Made by a program: the position numbers and the translations under genes. A model generated the notes under the pieces. That model was not told the DNA's origin, did not search any database, and saw only the letters and a program-made list of their open reading frames with translations. Below, one piece after another: positions 26,301 to 41,300 of a stretch of DNA of 64,000 bases (its first letter is position 1; each line of letters opens with the position of its first letter). Location of the stretch: contig JAQGDQ010000007.1 of NCBI GenBank assembly GCA_030141605.1, positions 186,001-250,000 of the forward strand, read 5' to 3'. Origin of the DNA: Tubiluchus corallicola (lineage: Eukaryota > Animalia > Priapulida).

Positions 26301-29300
26301 AGATGGCAGAGAATTCTACTCCTTTGCCATACGATTGCTAAAGCTAAACTTTCTCAAATTTGTCCACAATCATTTCTTCTTTAACTTGAACATGTTTCCA
26401 TCAGTTATTGCTCCTTCATCGCATTCAAAAAAAACTTCTGTCCTTGATCTATCAATGCCACTGACAATTTTACACAGTGCAGTCACTTCACCTGGTGTTG
26501 TTTATGTAGCCATTGAAAACAATTCTAGCTTTGAAACCTATCTTTAATTTTTCCTTCTTAATCAAAATTAATCAAAGGAAGACAGTAATGTAATGATTTT
26601 AATATTCCGCCATTATCATAGATTTATGTTATGACTTAAATAGCCTTTAAAGTTTTAAACTAAGCTATGTATTTTCATAATAAGCAATTATATTTCTATG
26701 AATATTTTTTGGCATTAAAGCTGGACCAATGAATTTTTCAAACATGTGACCATCTACACAGAATTCGCACTCTACAAATCGAGTCTCTTCATTTCCTTCA
26801 GGGTAATACAAATCACTCTCAGTCAGTCACTGTACAGTGAATTTGCAGAGGTTTTAAAGTTATTCCTTTGCAGTGATGAGATCTAGAGATAAAGGCCCAA
26901 GTCCAAGGTGCAATGTCAAATAAGCAGTCAATTTAAATACTTGCCTAAATCTCAAGTAACGACCTAGCTAGGGAACCCTGCACATTTAATGAAAGATGAG
27001 CAAAAGGAAATAAAAGATGTCAGCTACAACAGAATCGCCGCTACTAAAAATTATTAACTGGGCTATACCACGGAGTCTTTCGTCTGTGTTTCTTAGATCC
27101 CTGATGACTAATAGCAATGTAAAAGTGAGTTTCATTTTTTTACATTTTAAATCTTTTATCAGCTATTACAACTATCCTAAAAATGCAGAACATTTGCATA
27201 TATTTATCTGTTAAACTAGTATGTACCAGTTCTACAAGAATCCTGAAGACAAATACTAGTATGCAGTGGCAAAGTTGATTTTTTTTAAAAAATGATATAA
27301 ATTTTGTTGATATTGAGGGATTAAGAATTTGACAACTCTGGTAGAACAAGTTATACTTCTGATGGATAGACTTCAACATATACAATAGTCATTGAAACCT
27401 TTACCTCATACTTGCCACTTGATAACAACGTCAAAGTTAGCACCCTAGTTACATACCACAGCAACTGATAAACAATAATTTATGTATAAACCAGAAAGAT
27501 GTGTCACACTCTGACAGCAATGCAAGTTTGCCACTGTGTGCGTGGCTGAGTGTAGAAACAGAGTTGATAAAAGCAAGTACAGTCAGAGGACAACAACGTT
27601 ACATCAGAAGACTCCACTAAGACGATTCTAGTATAGGGTTGGAAAATTGGGACATAACTTGTTTAGTGTCTAATAAAAGCAAATTGTTATATAGCCTACT
27701 GATTGTGGCTCAAGCGAGGGATTGAGAGTACAAAGCACTTCGTAGCAACAAGAATTAACTAAATTGATATTAAGGCCCAAAATTTACTGAGTCCAGAAAA
27801 CTACTAAAGATTGATAGTTTTACATGTTATTACATGAACCCTAGCTAACCTACTCACACAATTCGTTTTTAAGATAATGAATTTCATTTTACAATACTTT
27901 ACAGGTGTTGTATGAACCGTATATTGTGCCATATTACTTTGCAAAGGATCGACTGAGCAATCGGTATGACCTTGATGTTAAAAACGATACCAGTGGCTCA
28001 TTCAATAAGTGGATCTGCCAGACCTTTGATGATGTGAAAGCAACTTTAGATGGAGACTTTCCAGGTAATTGATGAAATTAACATTAGTTTTTGTAAAAAG
28101 GTTTGACTTGCTGTATTACAAAAGGAAACTAATGTGAGCATTAACATTCCCAATTTCGTCCTGTTATTATGAATTTAATATAAGATTTTTGCTTACCATG
28201 TCAGATGTACACATTCACAAAGAAGCATATAGGTCTTACAAACTTTGCATGGGGACATTTGACTTTTGGCCCATGACTGCAGTGAAAAAGCAAAAGAATT
28301 TGCTAGCATAGACTACACACTTCATATTCTCATAAGAATCTTCTCGTTATTTATAGGCAAAGAGGCCATATTTGTGAAAGAGATGGCATTTTATGTTTGG
28401 CAACATGCTAACAATTTGGCACTTCTGCCCGAGGGATACATTCATGCATTTCAAATACGAGATCCCAGAAAGGCCATTCCATCACTGTACAAAATGACTT
28501 TAAATGCATCTAGAATTGGTAAGTGCATCTAAAATTGGTAAATGCTTAATCAGTAAGTCTAGAATATTAGTACAATACTATATAGTTTGTCTGAAAATCA
28601 GTACAAGTACGTACATAGAAAAAGGAAATCCCGAACTAAAGCAGAAAGGTGTTACAACATGGTTTACTAATGTTCGTTGTGCTTAAGGGGCCTCTCTCTT
28701 GAATACATTTATTGTAGCATTTTTTAAGATGTGCTACATTTTTTAGGGGAGAACTACTTTGATCCAAAACAAGTTGGTTTCAAAGAATTAAGACAATTGT
28801 ATGACCATGTGCAAACAGTGCTGAGACAACAACCTATTGTAATAGACGGCGACGATCTTGCTAGATATCCAGGTAAGAGCATTTATGCCACATGTGCACA
28901 CAACATTTAGTGAGGAGTTGGTAGCAGTTGTGTCTATGAATGATGTGTCTATATCTTGTATCTATGAATCTTACTTAAAGAAACATAAAATTGAAACAAT
29001 TTCCAACTATTTCATGTCAGAAAAATAGGTGAGCACTGTTGTACTTAATAGATTGACCAAATTAATGAAGGCTGCTAATTTGCCTAAAAGATTTCTTACA
29101 AAATGATTTCAGAATCAATGATAAAACAATACTGCCAGAAGACAGGACTGCGATACTTAGATACAATGGTAGACTGGTCAAAATGTCCTATTCAAGACAC
29201 GTCTGTATTTGAAGGCTGGGAATCATGGGTTCAAAATGTATTCAGTTCAACACATTTTATTCCACCATCCAGTGAGAAACCAGTGTTAGAAGACAGTTTA

Positions 29301-32300
29301 CCACAAATTGTACAGCAATGTATTAATGATGCCTTACCTCATTATGAACACATGTATGCTAACCGTATTCTACCTTGACTACATATTTCTCAATATCAGC
29401 TCTTATGCAGCAATATCTTAATGATGCTATATTGGATTACGAGCATTTGCACGCTAACCATATATGAATTTAAAATGACTATTTCTTAATCTCTTAATCC
29501 TTATGTGCAATTTTTCTGCATCAAACAACAACTATTTTAGTGGTGTTGAAGTTAAGCAAAATAAAAACAAACATTTCTTTTTATTTCTAAAGAAACTTTT
29601 GGTGAATGATTCTAATGTGGCTTCTTAATCACTACTTTAATGGAAGGTACTCTCAGAACCTCTTGTCAGTCATTCCCAAATGCTGACAATTTGCCTGGAG
29701 TATCCAATCTGCTACTGGTTCTCAATCGTTTTACCCCAAAAATTTCTACATACAGAACAGCTGCTTATAAAGCTGGCTTTTTCCCTTTCTCCTATGCAAA
29801 ACAGGTGCTTGTAAACCCAATTTTTCACTTGGACCTCTTAGCTGTGGAATTCTCTATCAAAAATTTGTTACCTAATTAAGTACAACCTTACAAACTTCAA
29901 GCAGAATAGTCACAGGTATCTCCTTTCATTAGTTATAAAAATTCAAATTTTCTGGAGCTTATACTTTTCCCCTATGTAGTCAGACTTTCCTTTTTCTAGC
30001 GCAGACCTTTACTTCAAGTGGTCATTGACACTGTCTACAGCAGTTTGAAGAAACACCTACCCACCAATAATCAACAATACATATATTTTCAATGTAACAT
30101 ACCGCTGGTCACAGAATAAGACATATTTGATTTCCTACAGTACTTGTATTTTCATTGCTTATCCTTTTTAAAGGCATCCAAAGGCCTTGAACGCCTTGAG
30201 TTGTGAACTCGCAGTGTTTACAAGGCACTCGAATTGTGCACTCAGTTAATGCCTTATGTTTGAAGGTCAGCTGCAGGTATAAGCTGCCAAGGTGTAATGT
30301 CCAACGGGCAGCAGTAATCATGTGCATGGTGCTTTAAATCGGTAAGTTACTAATTGGTACTAAATACTATAGTGCTCATTTACGTTCGCTGGGAGAAAAT
30401 GGAAGCTAAAGCAGAGTCAGACGTACCAAGAGTTATACACTGGTGCATACCCCGGAGCCTGTCCACTGTATTCATGAGATCCATAATGACTAATACCAAT
30501 ATAAAAGTGAGTATTTACTAGTGTAATTGTAATTACATGACATGCAAAAGTTGTTCACTTTGCAAGCGACTGTAAATATTTTTATGCTGAAAATGTTGTG
30601 ATGGAGAGAGGGCAAACCAACTCCCTTACTTTTTTCTAGAAGACACACTTCTCATTTTTCGTTTAGCTACAATTTTTAATGGCACTTTTAACCCAATTTT
30701 CAATAAAATGGAGCACATAAGAATATGAATGCCCTTATTTATACTTCTGGGAAAAACGATGTACCCTAGTGAGCATATATCTAGTGATCATATACCCCTA
30801 GTATCTGAGTACACTCACTATTAAGTATACTAGTGAGCATACACTCCTAGCATCTGAGTACACTATCTACACAAACAACTCTTTTGAAAGTAGTATATAA
30901 AAATAAGATGAATGCCATTTGAGGATCGCCTGGATCGGTTTAATTGAAACAAGTAGAAGAGACAATTTATTAACAAATAAACTCAATATTTTGACTACCT
31001 AATAGCTGCGTGATGTGCCCTTGAGAATCATTGAAATATGAGTTTAGCTGTTAACAAATCATCTCTTGTATCCATTTAGCTAATTCAGCCTAAAAACTTA
31101 TACAGACTGTTTAAAACACTTTTGGCAGGTCTTTTTTGAACCGTACATTGCGGCATACTACTTTGGAAATGACAGACTCAGCAATCGCTATGAGGAGGAC
31201 ATCAAGAAAGACACAAGTGGCTCATTTGATAAATATGCTAATCAAACATGCAAAAGTATTAAAGCAACTTTGGAAGCAGATTATCCAGGTATTCAGTAAA
31301 TCAAGAAAAACTATTGAAAGTGAATAATGTTTTAGTAGAAGTGATCATCATCGTATACTGGAACTGATGCAAAAAAAGTTTCAACATAATGACGTCAAAG
31401 TGGTTGTTTGCAAAAAACTGAAAGTAAAAAAATTAAAAGAATGGAAAATATATGGTGAAACAAAAATTGTAGAATAATTACTAAAAACAATTATTTAAAA
31501 AATTATTAAATTGGGATTCATTTAAAAATGGATGAAGTGCAAACTGGTGAAAATGAATAAGTGAAAATCCCTTCAGAACAGACAACTGTTGAGGGTTGAA
31601 ATATTACTCTCTCTTGTTACTCAGGCAGTAAAAGAGTCGCTTTAGTTATAATATAATTTGCTAACCTAAATATGCCTTGTAATACGTATGGCTCTAGATT
31701 CAATTCGACCAGTGCCAGAGCTTGAAAAATGGGGCCCAACAGCAGGTCTTATATTATCTTTATAGTGGGCTGAACTTTACATTTTTGGCTCTAGCAATAC
31801 TTATCAATTCTGCTTTTGCAGAGGGCATCTGGTTTTCTACAGTTCAAATTTGGAAAATTAAGAGGGTATTTTATCATCAGGTCTTCAAAATAGAGATGTA
31901 ACACCTGACACCAGTTAACCTAGCACCTCAACTGGCCACAATATTACATCCAACAATATCATGGCCATCAATTTCCCTTAACCACCAGCTTTTCATCCTT
32001 TATGTCTCAAATTATGCTTGGTGTTATAGAAAGTTCATATCTTTCATACAATTAGTGGTCTCACTAGAATCTAGAATAGTCAAACTGGAAGATGTGTCCT
32101 AAAATGCAGGATCACAACCTGCAAAGGCTTTCACTTGTAAGGAATACATTACCAATAAAAATTTAGTCTTTGGCACATGACATTTATACTTTTTACAACT
32201 TACAGATAAGGAAGCCATATTTGTTAAAAACATGGCATATTTTGTGTGGCAACATGCTAATAATTCTTCCATACTGCCTGATGGGTACATCCACACATTT

Positions 32301-35300
32301 CAAATGAGAAACCCAAGAAAAACCATTCCATCACTGTACAATATGACTGTAAGCGGATCTAAAAGTGGTAAGTGCAGAAATATTTTTTGGCTTCCATCAG
32401 CTGTGGCACTTGAAGGAACATAATATTTCAAGACGATTAAACTGGAGCTGAAGAGATACAATTCAACTTTCTGTGGCTTTCTCATTCAAATTTTCTGCTT
32501 AGTTATTTCAAATTCCACATGAAGAATGAATTTCTCTTCTAAATTTAACATGAAGAGAAAGAAGTTTTCCCTTTCAAATTTTACACAAAAATAGGTTTCT
32601 CTTTCGAATTTAACATAAAGATCAGCTCTATTTTTGAATCCAGTTGAAAGATAGGCCTAATCTTTTGAATTAGAATTGAGATTTCGAATTAGCATGAAAC
32701 CAGTTTCATACTGAGCCAAAACAAAGGCTTTCTTGTCGAATTCAGTATAAAACTGATAAACATAGCCATTTCAATCTTGAATATAGCATTAAGTTAGATT
32801 TTGTTAACATTTTGTGTATTGAATTTAGCATGAAAATGCAGTAAGATGAAAATTAATATGTGGGAAAATTAATACAATCACTTTTTCTATTTGTTAAATT
32901 TGTAGGCGAGAATTACTTTGATCCGAAAGAAGTGGGTTTCAAGGAATTAAGGCAGTTGTACGATCACGTGACAAACGTGTTGGGACAAGAAGCTATTGTA
33001 ATTGATAGTGATGACCTTGCATGTCATCCAGGTAACAGTCGTTTATAGTGGACATCAATGAAAACTGTGTCTCCGTATCATTATAACACCTGAATTATAT
33101 GACCAAATTCATAACAAATGAATGCATGACCAGTCCCAATATAAAAACACAAAAGCATCGGTCATTTTGACAAAAGATGAAGAAAGTTCTACACTTTAAA
33201 AGGTGGTTCAAAAAGGCTAGTACAGGATACCTACTGAAAGCTATGAGCAAAAAATAACAGAAATAAATGCAAAAACTACCTATAATTAGCACAAAAATGA
33301 AAAGGTAGCATTTTTACATTTGAACTCATGAATATCAAAAAAATTTCTTGGGTAAAATTAAACCAGCAGTCAAATCCCAACCAACTCATTGATACAAACT
33401 ACATATAAATAATATCCGCTCGTGTGTTCAAAAATTCCGCAAAGCAGTTCTGATTCCTTAGCTGACAGCAAGGAAAATAGCCAAAGGAGTTCTGAATTAG
33501 AGATACGCATGTACTAACAATCACATATGAACTTATATGAGCTTGGTATTATTAACATTAGTTCCTTGAATGTGTCCTATGCTTTTCCCTTATGATGTTT
33601 TCTACGGAAGACATGGCGCCGTTGAATGATGATTCGCTTAACGTTGTGTTATTCTAAAATGCTTTAGCATTGTTCTAGCTATCACGACTCTCTGACAGGC
33701 TTCTCATTTTAACTGATTATGTATTACGAACTTTCCTTAAATATCGAACATCATCATAATACATGTGATGCAACTTATCTTCACTCTGTTTTAGTAAATC
33801 ATATAATTAAATGACATAGCATTTTAAGAATTCTTTATAAATTTGTTTCAGAATCGATCATCAAGCAATACTGCCATAAGACAGGATTGCAATTTAAAGA
33901 TACAATGTTAGACTGGTCTGCGTGCCCAATTGAAGACATGTCTCCATTTCAAGGCTGGGAATCCTGGCTTGAAAACATGCTCAATTCAACGCATTTTATT
34001 CCACCATCATCAAAAAAGATACCAGTGCCGACTGATAGTTTACCAGAAATCATACAGCAGTGTATTAATGAAGCTTTGCCTCATTATGAACATATGTACG
34101 CTAACCGCATTGTACCTTGAAACTCGTGGTTAATACTTTTCAATATTAAGCATACATGCTAACTATTCACTACATCTAAAGCAAAAACATTTGCTACTGT
34201 AAACTTGCAATATTTCACTAATTTCTAATCTTTTTCCTGCTATCACTTGAACAGGTAATATACATTGACAGAGATTCAAATGGTAACCAAAGCCAAAAAC
34301 TTCTTTTACTAAGCATCTTTGCCTCAGCCTTTAACACAGTGCCGCCTCAGAAGTCATTCTACATGCTTACGATGCGAGCCAAAATAGTGACACAAATGTT
34401 CAAGAAACCGCCACATACATCAACAAGAAAAAAGTTGATGTTGAAAATAAACCAACACTTGCACTTACCGAATCTAAACTTTGCAGCTTAAATCCATAGA
34501 CAGCACCTCGCTTTGAGCTGTTCATGTAATTGCCAAAAGCCAGAATTATCTAAGAAATAGTAAATAAATTAGTTTGACTTCAAAAAAAAGAAAGTGTAAA
34601 AACAGTTTGTTTCGTAGCAGCAATTTAATTAGTTTCAACTCAAAGATAGATTTAGAGGAATGATATACTTCTTGAGAAAACAACATTTCCTAAAACAATC
34701 CGGCATTGGTACAAGAAAGACTTCTCAGTGCCCTAGAACCAATTATTATTGCCACTCATCAGTGGTCTAACATCACCACACAACCCACAAAGATTTTATA
34801 TTGTACCTTCTTCTTGGAAAATTCTCCAATTAACATAGAGTCCTAAATCGAGTGAAATCTAAGCAAATAATGGGAAGGTATTTAAATTGTGTATTTCAAG
34901 TCAACGAAAATAATCTGAAACTGAAATGTGAATTTGTCATTCACTACAAGACATTTCTAATCCAAGATAAATATAATGGATATAAATGCACTAACGTCCA
35001 AATATTTTTAAAATTCTGGGTCTAGTTTGAAAAAGACAATTTTGATGGCAGAAAATTTGTTATTGATTGGGTTGTCTAACAGCAAGCTAAATTTGCCAAT
35101 TTGGGCAGAGTGAAATAAAAATAAGTTTTACAAATTACACCCCTTTCACATAACAATGATTTCATAAATCAACTCACCTCCAACATTTTTCGAACTTTGT
35201 GAGAATTCTTAACAGATCTTGAAGCACCGATCACAGCAATTAGTTGCTATAAAGATAGGATAAATGTAATTAGTACGAGATGACTGTAAGTTGTCAGTGA

Positions 35301-38300
35301 TAATATCATTAAGTTTTTCAATGTTGTATGGGTAATAAGTTGGTAAAAGCAATGTTGTAAATTTTTAGGAATTTATCATAGTGTGAACAGTGCATTAGCG
35401 AATCGATATCAAATGCTAAATTATAGTACAATTTTACAAGCTTATATAGTTTTTATGCTCCAAGGTGAAAAAATACCAAGTCTGTGTTATTTTCTATATA
35501 ATGCTTCTCATTCTAGTTACAAAACAATGCAGGCAAAAGAAAAAGGAAAATCAGTAGTGCTGGTGAAACTTCTCAAACTACTGGAATCAAGGCTGATAAA
35601 AATACCACTGAGGCAGCATTTGATATTTTCAGTTTTGTCAGAAGTTATTACCATGAAGCTACTGTAGTGGGCAGATACTTATACTGAAAAGCAAGAATCT
35701 AAACTCACCGGAGTAATTAGGCTGATGTTATCACTGAAGTTCCCAACGAATGCCATAACTTGCAGTTTCTGCTGTAGCCTCTCAATTTTCACCATCTAGA
35801 GAATAGTTAAAGGGCATGGTGCATATTACTAATATTCAACAACTAGGATTATTAAGTACACATCTTCCATCAATGGAATCGTACAGATACTAAGCTATAT
35901 ATACTTTCATTTATGCCAACTCTAACCACGTCAAAAACAGGTTTACAGTTATACCACAGAACTCAATTTTGCAAAGTAAGTAAACTGAATGTTTCTTTCT
36001 AGATATTATTCTTAATAGTCAAAAGAGAATTGCTGCAAATGCAAATTCACACAATTACAAGCTTGGCTAGTGAACTAACAAACAAAAAAATGAAATCAAC
36101 CTTCACTAAACAAATATGATAATTACCGATAAAACAAACTTATCTTCGTCTGTCAACATCTCAATTGGTTTCTTTTCTTTTTCGTATCTTTTGAAAGCTT
36201 TAATCTGGAAAACAAGTAGGAACAATGGAATTTAATTAAAAGCAGACGCAAACAGCTACAGCATTTGACTTCAACAAGGAAATGCAAAATCTTCAAGAAT
36301 TGTTATTGCATGCTATCAAAAAGTTTGATGCACCAAAAGACACTTTCTGTTGATGGTGAAAATGACAGCTGTGCAGTAAAACATCAAATTTCAGTCAACA
36401 CCACAACAATTATGACAATGGCTATCAAAATAAATGTCACTTTTCTAAAACAGCATTTAATGAGCAATTCTGGATTCAGGGAGGGTACGTTAATCAGTGC
36501 AGTGGCAGAAATCGCACAGACATAGATACTCACCATTTAAGTTACTAGGTTTCAGGAGAAAATCAAAAGCCCATTTTATCAAAGAGCAGTACTAGCTAAG
36601 TTATGATTGCAGTTAACAGCAAAATAAGTAATAACAAATTATGTTCTATCAATAAAAGTCGAACTCAGATCTTGCACTGTCAACAACGCTTCTAGCTACT
36701 GCTTGTAGTATTGTAAAATTATTCAAAAATCTAAATCGTGATTTGCAAATGTTTGATGGTTTTAATGTGACTAAAAGCAGCTGAATTACCTCTTCATCAT
36801 TGGGAAGCAGCTTGAGCAAAATTTCCACAAAATCTAGTGGCAAAACTTTCAGGTCAAGTCGATTTATTGACCTCGTAATCGTTTCATGTTGCATTTCTGC
36901 CTTTCGCAAAAATATAGCTGAAAATAAACATAAACTTCCTATAAAAAAACAAACAACCAGGGCCAAAAAAGGCAGTTTAGACACAGGCTAATTTAAAACA
37001 CTGTTTTAATGTTATAAATTGCATTCCACTCAATAGATGGGAGTATTGAATGATATGCATATGAAAGTATGAAAACCATAACTTTCAAGAAAGAAACAAG
37101 CGATATTTAAAAAACTTTGTAATGCATAGATAAGCCGAAGGCAAAACTTACCAACATTCCGCAATCGGTTTGCTTCCATTAAACTGACAGCTTCCTTCTT
37201 TTTCTTAACATCTGGCCCATCTTGGTCACCCAATTGCAGACCAGTTCCTAATTTGAAAGTTTCTTCGAATTCAGAAAATGGAATGACCTAGTGAGTTGCA
37301 GCAAACAATGATTACTTACACACTTGATAATTCTAGGTGATGATGACAACAATGAAAAGTGAAGTCCTAATTATGCAACATTAATCGGTTGACTGAAACT
37401 GATTGAGAACTCATGGGTTGCCATAAACAATTGCAACTTGATTTTACAAAACAACTTACAGCATATTACATTGCTTTCAAAACAAATATCAAAAAAGCAG
37501 GGGTGAGCTAAAATGGCCGACAATATTTTTAATCAATGCTACTGCTGTCACACTTAAGCTGTTTTCGCAAGATGCACCATACATATACTTAACATTCCTG
37601 ACAGTAAAAAATTGTGGTGTATTTTTTCTGAACAACATAAAACAACTGTACAGCTTATGCAGAATAATGTACATTAACCTAGCCACTAGGGGGCATAATC
37701 AACAAAACATACGAAAAAAGATCGCTTTTCATATCTGCAGAACAGATAATCTCCAGAGCTGCAAAACAGCAAATTAGTAAAAACAGCTGTCACTGTTGTT
37801 ATTGTTGTTGCTGTTGCTGCTGCTGTTGTTGTTGTTGTTGTTGTTATTACTATCATCGTTACTACCAATATCGTTAATAATATAGGGTACTCCTGTGAAA
37901 TATTAATAATTTCTAATACCTTAAGTAGAGGTTCATCATCTAATTCTGTAAATACAGTATCCTTAAGCTGTGCAGGCTTCAGAGCTATCCAGTTTAACAA
38001 TGGCAGCCTGTATTTAGTCTGAATCTTCCGTTTTATTGTCATCGCTGAAACAAAAATTCAACTTTCCAATTATGTGGCATTTCAACTATCTAAAAGTTCA
38101 AATATAATTTTAATCAAAACCCGGTTTTGTTGTAACTGGAATTCACTGCTGAAATAAAATGTCAAGTTCGTCTATTAGGAATTCAGTTATTCAGAATTTC
38201 AATATCCAAACTATGAATTATGCAGACACCATCTCAACAATGATCCCTGACCTAACACCGGATCTTCTACTTAATGACTATAGCTGATAACTAAGACTGA

Positions 38301-41300
38301 GATAACTGAGATCTAATCAACTTTCACTTATCTGAATTCTGAATCAACAAAATTCAAGCATAATGACGGGTATAATAGTTTAATAATAAATGCAATATTA
38401 ACAGTTCAGTTTTTTACTTCAATGTGCAACTTTATCATTTATAGACATATACAATAGACAGTGCACCTGCATCAAAAAAAAAGTAAAATAAAACCAGCAA
38501 AACTGTTAAGTGGTGTAGCCTTTACTACTTTTATTCCTTTGATATGGTCAAATAGACTAATAGATCAAGACTGTGACAAAAGCTTAGTTAAAATAATCAA
38601 TTCGTTTCCCACACAAATCCTTGCTATACGAATCCTTACTCCAAAATTCAGATACAAATTAATAAAGTCAATTTAATTACCTCCAGGAGGTGCTGGTATT
38701 CCACCTGGTGGAGGTGGTGCACCAGGCGGGGGCGGAGGTGGTGGTCCTGGTGGAGGTGTTGGCTCAGCTGGTGCTGGAGGTGGTGGCGGTGGTGGTGGAG
38801 GGGGCGCTACACTGCCACCTACACCTTCCCCTCTGCCTCCGCCCATACCGACTCCTCCAGGTCCAAATCCGCCTCCTTTACCAGCTAATACTGCATCCAC
38901 ATTTCCTTGTACTGAAAACAAAATAGTTTTTGCTTAGCACAACAAACAGATTTGATTAATGACATATAAAACATAATTAGTCTTAGAACATGCACATTAA
39001 GCGTGAGAATAATTATTATTACAGTAGTCGCTGCTTAATAGACTCAATCGCTTAATTGACTCAAAACCGCCTGGAACGCGCCGCTTCTATTCAAATGTAC
39101 ATAAAAACTATCGGTAATTGACTCAAATAACTTCGCTTAATTGACTCAATATTTTTCCTTCACCTACTTAACACAAGACATTTGTATGTGCCCAAACAGC
39201 GTTTCCTACTTTTATGTCATCATACTTCCCTTTTACTTCCCTTTTGTGCATTATATATGTAGAAACAATCATGTTAAGTACCATTTTGTTTGTAAACAGG
39301 TACGTTTATCATGCGCTAATAGTCTAGCGTAGCGATTTTGCTTTGAATCTGTTACCCGCTCACCCACTGCAATTAACCTCGTTACCCAAAGAATTTCTGG
39401 AAGCTAAATTTGCCTACTGGTTACCTTTTGAAGCTTTAGTTGCAAATCACGCGTTCAGGCTTAATGAGTTAATAGTCAAAGATGCAGGTACAGTAATCAG
39501 CCAGTATTCCTTGTGACTTACAAGAGTAAACATCATACAGCAAATAAGAGCACAGAGTTAAGAAGGGTGGTTTCAGCAATGGAGAAAGCGTGTGTGATTT
39601 AGAAAAGTATAGTTTTTAATTTATTGTTAATTCACTTATATAAATTAATATTTTAAAATGTTTTTTCTAATTTTTAACTGCACAAAGGAATTACTTCGTT
39701 TCTAAAATTTATTAAAAGCCTTTGTACTGCATAGTAAGCCGATAACTCATAGTTCTATAGCAATAATACTACACCCATCGGTTAATAGGTTCAATCGGTT
39801 AATTGGGTTAAAACACGTTGGTGCCAAAGTGAGTCTATTAAGCGGCGACTACTGTACTTAATAAAAAGTAACAAATGTATAAGAATTTCCAATGTTTTTA
39901 ATTTCAGTTTGATAAAGAATAAAACACAACAATATTATAGCGTAATTAATATGATAGTTTTAAAACAACATTGTGTCCACCATCAGTAACGATATGCATT
40001 CTAGTTGAAAGTGCTAAAACCCTTTCTTTTCTATCTTGACTGAAGATGGACACAAGTGCAATTCAGACTAAAAGCCTTATTTTTAATTTGCACTGATCAT
40101 GTTAATCCATTCTGTTAAAGTTTCATTTGCACATTGCAAAAAAAAATAAGAACGTAAAAATAAACAATGCTATTATGTTTGCTAAATGAGCAAAAACAAC
40201 TTGATGCAAATATGTAAAACAAAAACTATTTAAATGCACAAGCACAATACTGAATTTTAAAAAAAACTGAGATTTTTTACACTCCACTGAGCCTCGAACA
40301 GAAGATCTTTTGCTTTCCGGGCAACTATGCTCATATCTTTTAAATATTAGTTATTTGCCATTTTGATCAATTTCAAAATACCATCACTATGATGAAAGTT
40401 ATTCAAAGATACAGAAACCATATTAATGAAATGATAATAGCATTTAGACGAACCATTGCTCTGGCAAAATTTTGTCTTCCCTTGAAAAAAGCCATAGAAA
40501 TTGATAGCAAAATCTGACTCACATTTTAGTGTTTCCTTTAAGGCCTGCAGCTCCAACTCCCTTTCTTGAAGAAGTGTTCTCTTGTGTTTAGAATCCTCCT
40601 CTTTTTCTATGATGAGAGTTTGAAGATTCGTAAGCTGCACGCTCGTACTTTGTAAAGCCGCCTAAGAAAAACAGCGAATCAATCTAACAATAGGTTACAC
40701 GTGAAAACTTAAAACTAAAAGGACACAAAACAGAATGCAGTTCTACCAATTTTGAATTTGTAATTTACAATGTGTTAAACACCTGAGAACATAGTGAACC
40801 ATTGGCTAAACTGAGCAAACACTCATAATAATCTCATGGCTTTATGTGGTCTGAAAGGATTAAAAGTTAAATTGACAATATACTCTTTGTAATTCTAAAT
40901 TAACATTATAAATACAATTTCTTATTCACAAAAAATTATTTCTTTTATATCGAAGTAAATTTTGATAAATCCTATAATTCCTTATGATACACTAACTCCG
41001 ATGAGTAAGACAACAAACAATAATTTTATTATGAATGGTGCTGCCAACTTAAAACGATGGAAAATAGAGCTAAAATGCTCAGTTTTTAAAAACGTTCAAA
41101 AATCATAACCTGATATATTATGCTTTTGACAAAGGAATGGCACATTAAAACACAATTTTAAGCAACAACAACTTAATCCTCACAAATGTTCTATGCATTT
41201 TAATAAATAATCTTTTATAACTCTAATAATGAACTAAATTCTAGTCTACATGAAACCATACATAATATTCATCCCTTTCTTTCGTCGTGTCCATCATAGC

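Noticed and set aside
40021-40336. Two possible extra formin exons (40281-40336 and 40021-40067) between the coiled-coil and FH1 exons
   Set aside because: Weak splice sites, and their lengths (56 and 47 nt) do not keep frame singly or together; exons 40523-40661 and 38681-38911 already join in phase.
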